In this document: one piece after another, positions 43,576 through 64,000 of the stretch
How the letters are laid out: every line of letters starts with the position of its first letter
Numbering within the stretch: position 1 is the stretch's first letter
NCBI RefSeq assembly: GCF_009914755.1
Contig: NC_060931.1
Reading direction: 5' to 3' (one strand)
Source of the DNA: the human T2T-CHM13v2.0 reference genome, Homo sapiens
Length of the DNA: 64,000 bases
Notes under the pieces: model-generated
The model's database searches: none
Told to the model about the DNA's origin: nothing
What the model saw: the letters and a program-made list of their open reading frames with translations, nothing else
Position numbers and translations under genes: made by a program

Positions 43576-44214
43576 ACCTCCCTAGGGTCAGCTCTTTTCT
43601 GCAGGTGCTTGTCTTTAATACATGACATGACTCCACTGTTTCTGATTTAAGCAACACACAAAGCGTTTCTTCAGCATGACTCTCACAAAACACAAGGGCC
43701 ATCATAGCCCCACAATTCTTTAGTTTTCTCAATTAACAACCGCTTAGAAAACAGGGTTGGGGGGCCTGGGAGACAGTGACAATGTTGCTCATTAGCCTGG
43801 CCCTTCCGTTTAGCACAATTGTTCCCAGTAAGCTCAGGGACAGGGTCAGAGTCAGATGGGCTAAGCCAAGACAGGAGGATGGGAGGAGCCCAGAGCAGGA
43901 AACAGTCACCTTGGGAGAGTTCAGCTGCTTAGAGAGAAGTCTTCTGAGCTGTGATGGCCTAATGAGGGAGATTGTGTACCTGCTGGAAGGAGCCTCTGTA
44001 GGCACCTTAGGAAACAGCACAAATGCAGCCAATGAAATATGAGCTGTAAATATCACATTTACATGTGTGTCATGTACTATAAAAAACGGTATCACGTAAT
44101 ACAATTTTGTAGTGCAGGTGCAAATGCCACACCTGGATCTCCAGCATTCTCAAGGATCTAAGAGGTGCATATACACAAGCCAACTGGGGTACAGATCAGT
44201 TAGAATTAAACATA

Positions 44215-44767
44215 AAGTTATAGGGTCACCCTAAAGATACAAGGATTGGCAAGTAACGCTTTTCTGAAAGCCATGAGAACCAAAATGGAGTCACTTAGGC
44301 CACACCCTACCAAAATGGGATTGTAGGCAACAGAGGAGGAGCTCTCAGGCACACAAAAACTGTAATAAGGACTCTGAAAACCACAGCCTTGCACAAAGAC
44401 CACTGATCGCTTGAGCCCAGGAGCTCAAGGCCAGCCTGAGCAACAGAGTGCATCACTGTCTCAAAAACAAACAAAACAAAAAACAAGAAACTGCTTCTGC
44501 AAGAACAATACCCAGCCTGTTCTACCTCGGACTGATGCCACCGTTGTTACTGATCCTTGTAGCCAAGGAAAAGTATTTCAAAATAACTTATGTAGCCTTC
44601 CTCATTTTGTCTTTAAAAAACTCTCGACTTTCCTTGCCTTCCTGGATACACCTATGGCCCGGCCACGGTTCGCCATGGCACAGGAATTCCCAGATTGCAA
44701 TCACCTATCATTCCTTTCCAAATAAACTCATTTCTCTGGAGAGCTTCTCTGTTATTTTAGGTTGACA
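44215..44767 (+). mobile_element. ERV1-class solo LTR with a short Alu fragment inside
   Basis: CAAAATGGAGTCAC core; AATAAAC...TTAGGTTGACA terminus; subfamily not assigned. Confidence 0.6.
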
Positions 44768-44881
44768 CTTTCTAAAGTATTTTATATGTAGAAGAAAATA
44801 GAAAGCAATCGAGTCACTTTATTACAAGTCTAAGTAAAAACTTTGTTTTATTTCTAAAAGTTTTTCTAAAAGCATATGATC

Positions 44882-45486
44882 TGAGACACCAAAATAGACA
44901 CCCCTTTAGCAACTAAGACGGGCCCCAAGGTTAAAGAAACAAACGTTATCTCCAGGTCAAGGGTTCAGGGTCTGGCAGACATGGCAGATTTCTGAATTCC
45001 TGTCTGAGATATCAAGCTGATTTACAACCCAGACCACTACAGTGCTGATTGGACAGAGGACCAGCCTTACAGACATTCTTTTTGGATAAGCTACTGCAGA
45101 CCTCAGGTCAGTTTCAGCAGCTTATACAGAGAGTGCACAAACTGTTTGTTTTCTGTAGTTCACCTTTGACATAAAGAGCCAAATTCCACCTCATTTTAAT
45201 GCTAAAACCCTGCCCCAAAGTGAACATGTGATGTATGTTACAAACGAGCTTACCTAGTCTGCATGTAGGATCCCCTCACAAACATGTATAGCTTTGCCCC
45301 CAAACCTGCCAAATATGTATGATGCCAGCCTTGTGAAACATAAAACCCAACCTGTCCTTCTCCTCTTCCAAGAGAAAGCAACTTCAATGCACACTGGAGA
45401 CTGTCTCTTTCAGGCTTGCAAATCACTATTGCCAATAAAACTGTCCTTTCTATTATTTAGCCATCCTGGTGGTCTTTGGGACAACA
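44882..45486 (+). mobile_element. ERV1-class solo LTR
   Basis: TGAGACACC start; CAATAAAACT...GGTGGTCTTTGGGACAACA end. Confidence 0.65.
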
Positions 45487-45579
45487 AGTACTAGAGAGCT
45501 TTAAAAACGCAAAAAAGGAACCAGGGCTCCAAAGTTAATAAGAGGAGTTTTAATGAGGGAGATGGAACTAAGATAATAT

Positions 45580-46962
45580 AATGGAAAAATAAAACATCTC
45601 GGGACTCCTAAACTCATTACACCAAAGAGGAGGTTAAGCCTGAAGACAGACTAATGCAACACTAGCCATCCTTGAATAGCTGTTGCTTTACAATCTTATG
45701 TCAAAGTATTATCCATCAGCCAGACCCCCCATGGAAAATTCTTTGCTGGTCTTGAAACCCTTCAAGATGCATATCCTCCTATAAAGCAAGGACATGTCCA
45801 TTGTAACTTAGGTTTTCTATCTAAGTCTAGCTTCTACAACTAACATCTGTTAGATTTCACACTGATAATGTTGATTGCAAGCTCATCTTCCCAAGTGATG
45901 AGACTCATTCTTCCCAGAAGATGAGACCATTCTTCCACCTGCCCTGAGACATCTGCATAATTGATGCTTCCTTTACTCTCCCTTTTTTCTTCCAATGTTC
46001 ACCTCATTTTATATAAAATGTAGATTTACTGGGCACTAATTAAAATCTCACAGACATGTAACCATTTGCCTCATTGGCTGGCTACCCACCTCTTCCTACA
46101 TGCTTTCTTTCCTTTAAAAGAGAGTATAAATCCTGAGTCACCCGGAAACCTCTGCTTCAAGCCACAGATGTTTCCATAGCTGGTGTTCTTGAAACTGACA
46201 CTGCAAAATTGTAACTGAGTCAGTGAAAGAGATCTGACCTAACCAACTCCATCTTGCTTCTAACCTCCAAACTGTCCTTGGTCATTCCTGGGTGTAGGCT
46301 GAACTAGCTTTGGGAGTAACTTACTTTATAGTTTAAAACAAAGATGATAACCGCCCTTTCCCAAAACCAACCTCCTTCTTGGCTAGGACTAGACTGCCTT
46401 TGTAGGACTAACAAATTAGCCACAAGATTAGAAATTGTGGTTTAGGAGTCACGCAGCTGGAGGTTACAAGATTCTGACCCTCCCTAAACTGTTCCTGAGA
46501 TCAGTGCTTGAGATATTTTGCAGATGGTGCTCTTGATGGATCAGCTGGTACCACCCAGACCAATAAACTGGTTCATCTGATCTTGTGGCACCCACTCAGG
46601 AACTCACTCAGCGCAAGAGGAAAGCGTCAATTCCCTACTATTTCATCTCTAACCCACCTAATCAGCACTCTCGACTCACTGACCTTCCCCCACCCACCAA
46701 GTTGTCCTTAAAAACTCTGCTCCCCAAATGCTCAGGGAGACTGATTTGAATAACAATAAAACTCCAGTTGCCCACACAGCCAGCTCTGTGGGAATTACTC
46801 CTTCTCTATTGCAATTCCCCTGTCTTGAGAAATCAGCTCTGTCTAGTCAGCGGGCAAGGTGAACCCGCTGGGCTGTTACATTCTTCCCAGTCACACCCTC
46901 AAGCTCTAGCTCAATAAACCTCAGATGACTGAGATTTTTGCCTCAATATCTCATTTGGGTTA
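45580..46962 (+). mobile_element. MER4-group ERV1 LTR hosting a nested LTR8
   Basis: AAAATAAAACATCTCGGGAC start, TATAAA at ~46125, AATAAA at ~46913; split by LTR8. Confidence 0.65.
46190..46880 (+). mobile_element. LTR8 solo LTR
   Basis: TGAAAC...GCAAAATT...GTGAAAGAGATCTGACCTAACCAACTCCATCTTG; ends GGGCTGTTACA; TSD TTCT. Confidence 0.88.
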
Positions 46963-47436
46963 GCAAAAATCAGGGCAGATTTTTAGATGTGCTGCTGTGA
47001 TTGGGCATACAACTGGAATCCAAACTTCCCAGCCTCCAAGACACAGAAAGAAACACAACTGGGCAATACCATGCATTATCTGAGAGAAGAACTCCAACCA
47101 GTTCCTCAAGTGAGGGAATTTTCCCTGGTGCCACCCCCAAAGATTAAAATTCACAGGTAAGATTTGGTTAACACAGTGAGTGACAGGGACATCCCCTTCC
47201 CCTGCCACCTTCCGGGGCTACTCCTTTGAGCACAGCCTTGTCAGTCTGGGGAGCAGGAGGAATTCTTCTGGAATTCTCCACCACCAGTTTCAGACTAGCT
47301 CTCACTGTCTTACAGAATTTGACCTCAAGGCCTCTGCCACCTGACTGCCATCCTCCACCCATCAGTCTACCTACCTCCCAGACACTCTCTTTAGTGAGGA
47401 TTTTGAGCACCTGGGCTCACAGTTCTTCTATTAAGT

Positions 47437-48365
47437 CGTTGGGGCCCAGAAAGCGATACAACAAAGACTGGCCTTTTGACATGTGGAGAGGATAGAGGCA
47501 GCTGCATCAGAATCAAGGTCCCTCTAACCTTGTCTTGCTCCTTCGCCCTCAAGCACAGGGAAGGGCTCTCTGCAGTTTCCTTATCTGACCAAGAAAGCTT
47601 TGTTCCAAAAGGAATGCAACTGGGCCAGGTGTGGTAACTCAGTTTGTGATCCCAACACTTTGAGAGGCCTAGGCAGGAGGATTGCTTGAGGCCAGGAGTA
47701 GAGACTAGCCTCTTCAAATTAGCCAGGTGTGGTGACCCACATCCTAGCTACTCAGGAAGCTAAGGCAAGAGGATTATTTGAGCCCAGGAGTTCAAAGCTG
47801 CGGTGAGCTATGATCGCACCACCACACTCCAGCCCGGGCAAAAGAGGGAGACTCTGTTTCAACAAAACAACAACAATGACAACAAAAAAAAAGGGAACGC
47901 AATTATCTTAAACCTGCTCCCTAGGGATCATGTCAAATTACAAAGATCAGCCACCAGAAAAGAGAAGAGGCTGGGGGTATCACATTGCTCCAGACTTTTC
48001 ACCTAGTCCTCTGAGGGCAGCTCCCAGAGATCACCTGGATAACAGAACAACCTTTGTTCCTGTGCAACTCCACCCCTCACCTTCCTGTAATGCGTGCCTC
48101 ACTCCTCCCTGGTTCATTCATTCTCACTTATGACTTATTGCCCATCTAAAGAATCTTTGCCCACTGGCATCCTCCACTGTGTAAAAGGCTATATACGTTT
48201 CTGTCCCAAGCTGGGTTATTGGTAATCACTCTTGTGATTCCTTCCTGCTATGCCCATCAAAATAAAATTTTGTATGCCTTTTTTCCCCATGAATCTACCT
48301 TCTGTCAGTTGATTTTTTTAGTAAACCTTTGGAAGGTGAAGGGAAGTTTTCCCTTGGCACTTACA
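47437..48365 (+). mobile_element. MER39-like ERV1 LTR interrupted by an AluJ
   Basis: GTTGGGGCCCAGAAAGCGATAC start; ...TTTTCCCTTGGCACTTACA end; TSD AAGT. Confidence 0.75.
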
Positions 48366-48518
48366 AAGTCCTGTCTTCATTAAAACCAGCTTCAATACCC
48401 AAGTAAATCAACCTTTCTCTCCCCACCTGCTGGTTCTTTGACCTCCTTGGCTGATGTTACTTCCTAAATATGTCCCAGAACACACACCCTCACTCTACCA
48501 CTTATACCACAGCCCCTT

Positions 48519-49243
48519 TGAAACCATCTTTGCAAAAATTATAATAGAAAAAATTATGACAGTGAAAGAGATCTGCCCTAACCAAATCCATTTTGGCTTT
48601 AACTTCCAAACTGCCCTTGGTCATTCCTGGGCATGGGTCAAGCTAACTTTGGAAGAAATTTAGTTTACAGTTTAGATAACAGCTCTTCCCAAAACTAAAC
48701 CACCTTTATAAAGTAATAAAAGGCCACCAGGTAGGATTATGAGAGGGGCCTGAATTCTGTTAAGATATAGGCTTAAAGGATTACCAGCCACTTTCCAGCC
48801 TTTGTTCTGTAGGTCACACGATTTGCGACTTCCCCAATTACTCCTGTAAATAACATCACTATTGTAGAACCTAAGATTGGCTTTTTGAGAAGTCTTTTCA
48901 GACTTTTGCATTTTTGACAACGGGATGACTCCACCCAGACCCATGACCCCTGACTCAACTGGTCCTGTGACCCATAAGCAGACTCAGCATACTTGGTCCA
49001 TTTTCTACACCACTATGATTGCATCTCCAACCAATCAGAAATATCCATTCTCTAGCCCCCTGCCAACCAAACTATCTTTAAAAAATGCTTGCCTCCAAAT
49101 TTTCAGGGAGGCTGATACAATAAAATTCTGGCCTCTGGTTTAGCCACTCTATGTCTATTAAACATGTTCTCTATTGCAATTCCTCCACTTGATAAGTTGG
49201 CTCTATTGGGGCACTAGGAAAGATGAACCCTAGGGCAGTTACA
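48519..49243 (+). mobile_element. LTR8A/B-like solo LTR
   Basis: TGAAACCATCTTTGCAAAAATTATA start; ...GGGCAGTTACA end. Confidence 0.85.
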
Positions 49244-49785
49244 CCCTCATTGACCTTCTACCCTGCAGCCTTATCTCCTTGGAGTTCTTAGAAAACTGAC
49301 CACATCCTTCCCTGAAGCCTTCCAATGGCTCTCCACCCTCCACAGCATTCTAATATATCAGGAGCCTCTTTTAAGATTAAAAATAAATATTTTGCAAAGC
49401 TCTATGATAGAAGGTGAACTTTCATACCCATTTAATCAGAAATATATAATGACTATGAAGTCAATCATGCTATTATGTTGATTTTGGTTATAAGAAATGG
49501 CAAACTGAAAAACTGTAATATGTATTTGTATCACATATTTTTTGCATGGAGGGTTTATATGTGTTTGGCCCAATGTTGGGGAGCAGTGGCTATAGAATGC
49601 AATTCATGCTCAGCAGGTGGGGTGCTTCTGGCCCTGCCCACCTCTGCAGCTTCACCTCCCATCACTACCCCTTTCTCACTATTTAAACAACGTGATACTG
49701 CTTGTAGTCTTCTCAGCACACATGCATACACACATCCTTTTTGAAAGAATGGATATCTTCAATTCCACTTTGTAGCAAAACTTGA

Positions 49786-50134
<349 letters not shown>

Positions 50135-50471
50135 TGAAGGAGTAACAGTATAATTCAGCGAGGGTGATTGGTGAAGTCACTATGATCCATGTAAATAGCT
50201 TCTTTAGTGACCCGATTTAACCTATGACTAACCCATGACTTAGGGATCACTTTCTGAATTGCATCTCTCATGTGGATAGTAAGCAGTTCAAGATTATGCA
50301 TGCTAGGAAAAGAAAAAGGTGACGAAGACATCAAATGCTGCAAACCCTTGAGTTTTGGAAGCCAACATACCAAGTGGTGAGACACCCTTTGGCTCTCAGC
50401 CCTGCAGGATGGAGGAAAGGGAGCCTACGCCCTCAGTTGGCTTGTTCACGGCACAGGGAGCAGGTACTTAC

Positions 50472-50570
50472 CGTGGTTACTAATGCCACCTGCCAATTCT
50501 CCAGTTGCCATTCACAGCGGATGACAGGAGACACAACAGCTATCAACATGATCTCCATGGCCTCAACCAC
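50472..50570 (-). CDS. SVOPL: SVOPL coding exon 3 (VVEAMEIMLIAVVSPVIRCEWQLENWQVALVTT)
   Basis: ctttaag|GTG acceptor, ACG|GTAAGT donor, 99 nt, phase 0-0. Confidence 0.96.
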
Positions 50571-52418
50571 CTTAAAGAAGAGGGACACCATGCCATGTCT
50601 AAGTGCCAGCTTGTCATCACTTCTTCTCATATCTGCCTGCCCATCATCCTACCTAGTCCTGTCCCCTTTGTCCTTCCCCATTCAGGGAGGATCTATTGTA
50701 TACCCACACTGCACTGCTAGTTGGATAAGGAACTATAGAACTTCAGCCTTTGTGGATGTGACTTTCATGGTTTGAACAACTTGAGAGAGTTCCCAAAAAT
50801 TTGTGACACATATTCACTTATGATTTTGCTGACCAATGCAGTTGCATGGTAGCACTAGGAGGGAGCTGTGTGAAGGCCACTCCCATAGCTAAGGGGTGAA
50901 ACTAGCTAACCGGCAGCATCCACATCAACTAGCTTTGTTGTTTTGTACTCATGATTATGAAGGTTGCAGAGCACACGCCTTATAAATGGATTTTTGAGAC
51001 AGTTTCTGATCTCAAGCTGGGATAGTAAGATTCATGAAAGCTGGAAAATAAAGCAATGAGTACAAAGTAATATGAGTTCATCAGCAGGAAAGTGTTTTTT
51101 TTTGTGTTTAAAAAAAAAAAAAAAAAAAGAAGCAATGGGATCTCACTATGTTGCCCAGGCTGGAAACTCCTGGGCTTAAGTGAACCTCCCACCTTGACCT
51201 CCCAGAGTGCTGAGATTACAGGCATGAGCCACTGAACTCAGCCTAAGAAAATGTGTATTTAACAAACTTAATGCTACTAAATATTTCTTTCAATACAGTT
51301 TGAGTATGATCCTTTATCCATATTTTGCAATCCGTTATAGGGATAAGTTTGTCTCTCAAAAAAAAAAAAAAAAAAAGAAGGAGATGCTAGAAAAGAATTG
51401 AAGGAATAATTATAAATAGATGATGAAAGTTAGGTAAAGGATCATGAAGGATGAGTCAAAGATGACTGAGATTTTGTGTCTGGTGGAAGGGAAGAACACT
51501 GACATCATTGACAGGGACAAGGTTATCAGGAGGAAAAAAAGGGAATTAAAGGAGAAAATGAATTTGTTTGGCACATGTTCTGTCGATAACATTGATAGAA
51601 TATCTATATGGGTTATTATAATAATGTTTATACTTGTATGACTTGGAGGTCTGGGATGAAAAAGCTGGAATGATGTCAGCCAGCGTGTGGGACTTTGAAG
51701 TACACATATTATAGTGACTTGTCTCTCCACAAGAGAGCATTATAGTGGTGTCCAGAGTTCAGATGGCCAGCTGGCAAGTTTTAGTTCAACAGGTATCAGA
51801 AGTAAGAGAGCATAATTATCTCAGAAGAGGCTGACCAGGTGACTAATGTCTGTAATCTGAGCACTTTGGAAGGCTGAGGTAGGCGGATCACTTGAGGCCA
51901 GGAGTTCGAGACCAGCCTGGCCAACATGGCAAAACCCCATCGCTGCTAAAAATACAGAAATTAGTGGGACACGGTACTGCACGCCTACTCAGGAGGGTGA
52001 GGCACGAGAATCACTTGCACCCAGGAGGCAGAGGTTGCAGTGAGCTGAGATCACACCACTGCACTCCAGCCTGGGTGACAGAGCAAGACCCTGTCTACAA
52101 ATAATAATAATCTCAGAATAATGTTTGATTTAGTAAACTCATCTTCCTTCAGTAATACAGAAGAGCTAGATCCATATTCACCAAGATGCCACTCCTCTAA
52201 AGAGTTCTAGAAGGAAATAAACCAATAAGGAATAAAACTCTGCCCATTCTGCTATAGTAGCCTTAGGGGAGAGGGACCAGGCAGGGAGCCAGGGTGGGGT
52301 ACACAGAGGAGCTTCACTCTAGACCTCAGGGAAGGTCTTAAAGACAACCAGGACTGACCAGGCGAGGTGGCTTACGCCTGTAATCCCAGCACTTTGGGAG
52401 GCTGAGGCGGGCAGATCA

Positions 52419-52703
<285 letters not shown>

Positions 52704-53027
52704 TCACAGGCTGAGGCTGCTCAGCTGCTGTGGATGCTGTTATATACACCGTCACACGAGGCCCGGAAACCCAACTGCTGCTTCTATGGCCTCTGAATAA
52801 GGGCCTGAACAGGTGGAGGGGCCACGGCCCATCACTGTCAACATATCAATGCTGATGGAAGAATCCTGCTCATAAAGCATCCCATCGTAAGACCAGTCGA
52901 AAGATTTGGTCCCTGCACCCAAATAAGCAGTTCTGTCTTCCTTTGTGAGACAGGAGGGGGTGGCCTGGCAGAGAGCCCTTCCTAGCTGGTGAGCTGGGGA
53001 GAATTCCCACGACTGTAAGACACTTGA

Positions 53028-53325
53028 GGCTGGGTGCGGTGGCTCACACCTGTAATCCCAGCACTTTGGGAGGCCGAGGCGGGCAGATCATGAGGTCAGG
53101 AGATCGAGACCATCCTGGCTAACACGGTGAAACCCTGTCTCTACTAAAAATACAAAAAATTAGCTGGGCGTGGTGGCAGGCGCCTGTAGTCCCAGCTACT
53201 TAGGAGGCTGAAGCAGGAGAATGGCGTGAACCCAGGAGGCACAGCTTGCAGTGAGCCGAGATCACGCCACTGCACTCCAGCCTGGGCAACGGAGTGAGAC
53301 TCCATCTCAAAAAAAAAAAAAAAAG
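53028..53325 (+). mobile_element. AluY
   Basis: Y diagnostics; TSD AAGAYACTTGA. Confidence 0.88.
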
Positions 53326-53822
53326 ATACTTGAAGACCAGAGATCATTTCACTTCCTTGAGATGTTCTGGGTGAAGGTGGAGGAGAGTTAATAGTAAAAC
53401 TTCACCTAGTCACACCTACTTGTCCCTTGAAATGTGGAAATTAACAAATTTGGAGCCTATGAGACCTCACTGTACAGATAAGGAAATCTTCTCAATTGTA
53501 CCATTGGTTATCATCAAAATAGGACTAGGATACATCTTGCCTTTCTCTTTTTTATGCTAGACTGTTGCCTGAGGCCAGGCTTGGTGGCTAAGCCTATAAT
53601 CCCAGCACTTTGGGAGGCCGAGGTGGGAGGATTGCTTGAGCTGAGGAGTTTGAGACCAGCCTAGGCAACATAGCTAGATCTCATCTCAAAAAAAAAGAAA
53701 AAAGAAAAAAAGAAAAAAAAATAGACTGTTGCCTGAGAATGCAACACTTTTGAAAGATGCATCAAACTCACATGGCTACCTCCAGATCACACAACCCTTT
53801 ATTTTTTATTTTATTTTTTTAA

Positions 53823-53987
<165 letters not shown>

Positions 53988-54454
53988 TAGTAGAGATGAG
54001 GGTTTGCCATGTTGATAAGATTGGTCTCCAACTCCTGACCACAGGTGATCTACCCGCCTTGGCCTCCCAAAGTGCTGGGATTACAGGTGTGAGCCACCAT
54101 GCCCCGCCCACACAACCCTTTCTTATACTTTTTAGCTGTTTGGGGAGGGTCAGATCCCTCTAGAGTTTTCTCACTTACCTCCCTCCTATGTATTTTTACC
54201 CTCCGGCCCAACACCATTGTTGAGTGGACCCCATATCTTTGATTTTCCATTCTGTCTGATTATCATTATGCATCTGGGTATGAAGCTTTGTTTTGTTCCC
54301 CGCCTTCCACCCCCAAAGTCTTGCTCTGTTGCCCAGGCTGGAGTGCAGTGACGCAATCTAAGCCCACTGCAACCTCTGCCTCCCAGGTTCAAGTTATTCT
54401 CCTGCCTCAGCCTCCCAAGTAGCTGGGATTACAGACACATGCCACCACACATAG

Positions 54455-55066
<612 letters not shown>

Positions 55067-55323
55067 GTAAACAAGCCTTCATCAGTGCCTCTTAAAGGAT
55101 CTGAAAATATGTAATTACAGCAGGTGTCTCTGGTGATTCTTATGCACAAAATGTTTGAGAGCCATGTGTTCGAATTTACATAAAATAATACCATAGTTTT
55201 CTCCATTCTTCCCAATACTTCCATTTCTATCATTTTAAAAAATGAGTATTGAATTCCCAAAACATAGACACAAATGCTCACTTGCTTTATAACCGAACAC
55301 CTGCCAAAGGTGAATGAAAGTGA

Positions 55324-55655
<332 letters not shown>

Positions 55656-55771
55656 CTCCTGCTCTTTTTCTTATCCCTACACCCCCTGGACTGGAGAGCC
55701 CAGAGCCTGAGGTCAGTAGAAAAAAGACTGCTGCGTCCAATGATGTTAGCTTTGAAGACCCACGTGATCTC

Positions 55772-56868
<1,097 letters not shown>

Positions 56869-56886
56869 TCTCGAAGGAGCACTCAC

Positions 56887-56978
56887 CCCAGTACTGCCCA
56901 TGATCAGAAAGAGGGCAATGTGGAAACGCCCGAAGCCGATAGTCTCCACTGCATCTTCCACGGTGAACGTCTTTGGCT
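56887..56978 (-). CDS. SVOPL: SVOPL coding exon 2 (EPKTFTVEDAVETIGFGRFHIALFLIMGSTG)
   Basis: ttgttag|AG acceptor, GGG|GTGAGT donor; 92 nt restores phase 0; SV2/SVOP-type 'VEDAVETIGFGRF' motif. Confidence 0.96.
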
Positions 56979-57416
56979 CTAACAACGAAAGACAAAGTGG
57001 AAAAAATTGCTTCTGCAGGGAAGGGAATGCGTGTGGACTATCAGCTTCAGAAAGCCAACCCATTATTATAAAAACAAGTTAATACGGGGGGTCAGTGGTA
57101 GGCAACCTCTGCCTACTGGTCCAAGCAATTCTCCTCCCTCAGTCTCCTGAGTAGCTGAGATTACACACACCCACTGCCACACTGGCCTAATTTTTGTATT
57201 TTTAGTAGAGACGGGATTTCACCATGTTGGCCAGGCAGGTCCCAAACTCCTGACCTCAGTGATCCACCTGCCTCGGCCTCCCAAAGTGATGGGATTACAG
57301 GTGTGAGCCACCATGCCTGGCTGCTTCTTTTGACCTCACCTTTTTGCATTTAACCTTAAAAAGGATTCTTAACTCTAAGCAGCAGGTTGAGCTGGAGACT
57401 TCTATGATAATCTCAC

Positions 57417-57498
57417 CTTTAACCTGTGGCTCTGCGGTCCCCAGGCTCAATTTCCGAAGGCTGAGGATCGTGACAGGCTCTGTTGGCTTGGTTGCCAT
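57417..57498 (-). CDS. SVOPL: SVOPL first coding exon (MATKPTEPVTILSLRKLSLGTAEPQVK+G); exon including 5'UTR begins at 57532
   Basis: ATG at 57498; upstream acceptor ...ttccctcccttgcttccaccag at 57533-57534; donor AAG|GTGAGA; 82 coding nt; recognisable SVOPL N-terminus. Confidence 0.95.
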
Positions 57499-57849
57499 CT
57501 TCTAAATAGCTCAAGTTCCCCAAACAGCTTCCCTGGTGGAAGCAAGGGAGGGAAGAAGGAAAGAAATATAATGGTTATTGGATAGTTAGTATATGCCAGG
57601 CACACTACACACAAAATTTCCTGAAGCCCTCACAAAAATCGAATGAGGTATGTATTTTTATCCTCTTTTCACACCGGGCCTCTGGAACCAAGCAGCTCAG
57701 TGTTTTTTTTCCCCTACTACTTTTTATTAATTGATTGATTGAGATGGAGTCTCGCTCTGTTGCCCAGGTTGGAGTTCAGTGGTGCAATCTCAGCTCACTA
57801 CAACCTCCGCCTTCTGAGTTCAAGCGATTCTCGTGCCTCAGCCTCTTGA

Positions 57850-58101
<252 letters not shown>

Positions 58102-59025
58102 TAAAATGGGGATGATATAATAATGGCACCCAACTTTCAAGGTTGTTGTGATGATTAAATGAGTTAGTTCACGGAAAGCACTCACCCCATAACTGGCAAG
58201 TACTAATGTGCTTGATAAATGGAAGCCATTACTATTATTACTCTGTATGAGGGATGTATTTGTCACTAATCATTATCCTGAACACTTTACATACATGAAT
58301 TATTCCCTCTAATCTTCACAGAAGATCTGTGAAATATCATAATTTATCACTGTCTGGCACGTAAGGAACCTGAGAAATGGAGAGACTAAATGGCTAAATT
58401 AGATAATCGAGCTAAATTAAGAGGCCAAATTAGACAACCAGGACTCTGAGACCGGTAACCAACCTTGAGCCTGGGGCCAGACGCAGGCCTTGGCAATTTA
58501 ACCAAGAGCATCCTCTGAGTGGGAGGGAAGATGGCTTTGATACAGAAAAACAATCGCAAAGCAGCACTTCACACTTCTGCAGATACTGTATTTCCAGTGT
58601 GCTTTCTTGCATGTCATTGTCTTTTTTTTTTTTTTTTTTTGAGGCAGAGTCTTGCCCTGTTGCCCAGACTGGAGTGCAGTGGCACGATCTCGGCTCACTG
58701 CAACCTCCGCCTACTGGTTCAAGAAATTCTCCTCCCTCTTACATGCACCCACTGCCACACTGGGCTAATTTTTGTGTTTTTAGTAGAGATGGGGTTTTGC
58801 CATGTTGGCCAGGCAGGTCCCAAACTCCTGACCTCAAGTGATCCGCCTGCCTTGGCTTCCCAAAGTGTTGGGATTACAGGCGTGAGCCACCATGCCTGGC
58901 TGCTTCTTTTTAACCTCGCCTTTTTGCATTTAACCCTAAAAAGGATTCTTAACTCTAAAAGCCAAAAGAAAACTAAGACAAGTAAAGATGGGTACCAAGT
59001 CAGTGGCTTACCCACACAGACTTTT

Positions 59026-59331
<306 letters not shown>

Positions 59332-59339
59332 AGACTTTT

Positions 59340-62048
<2,709 letters not shown>

Positions 62049-62056
62049 TGACCTTA

Positions 62057-62164
<108 letters not shown>

Positions 62165-62189
62165 TTAAGTAGTAGAATCAGAACTCACA

Positions 62190-64000
<1,811 letters not shown>

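Larger units (their letters stand above)
42450..43580 (-). promoter_or_regulatory. SVOPL: Intragenic CpG island / alternative SVOPL promoter with first-exon donor CAG|GTAGAA at 42663; probable SVOPL alt-TSS imprinted DMR
   Basis: Only non-Alu CpG-dense region in the window; strong GC skew; donor ~1.06 kb upstream of coding exon 4; ZFP57-type TGCCGC at 43175-43180; DMR identity from recollection. Confidence 0.75.

Noticed and set aside
42993-43650. Gly/Arg-rich and Pro-rich ORFs of 160-211 aa
   Set aside because: By-product of stop-poor GC-rich tandem repeats
50335-50775. Antisense ORFs overlapping SVOPL exons (also 3249-3581, 4613-4969, 21861-22148)
   Set aside because: Shadow frames of real exons with no independent promoter, splice or homology evidence

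Overview
Human (primate) genomic DNA, Alu-dense, containing most of SVOPL (SV2-related-protein-like MFS transporter, which I recall at 7q34) on the minus strand. Twelve coding exons (57498 down to 3227), all with canonical GT-AG boundaries, splice in frame to give codons 1-421; the 3' exons and the 5' non-coding exon lie outside the window. The introns carry: (1) an intragenic CpG island at ~42.5-43.6 kb built from two tandem-repeat arrays, with an alternative first-exon donor, matching my recollection of the maternally methylated SVOPL alt-TSS DMR; (2) a sense-oriented MaLR LTR at 54729-55066 with TATA box and splice donors, which could drive oocyte transcription across that island; (3) a TSD-flanked retrocopy of a SNORA40-containing TAF1D RNA processing intermediate; (4) an RPL21 processed pseudogene; (5) a TIR-to-TIR Tigger1; (6) a cluster of ERV1 LTRs plus an ERV fragment with primer-binding site and protease remnant; and (7) two short local duplications, one bracketing the ATG exon. 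Repeat subfamily names and literature links are from memory and need Dfam/BLAT confirmation.
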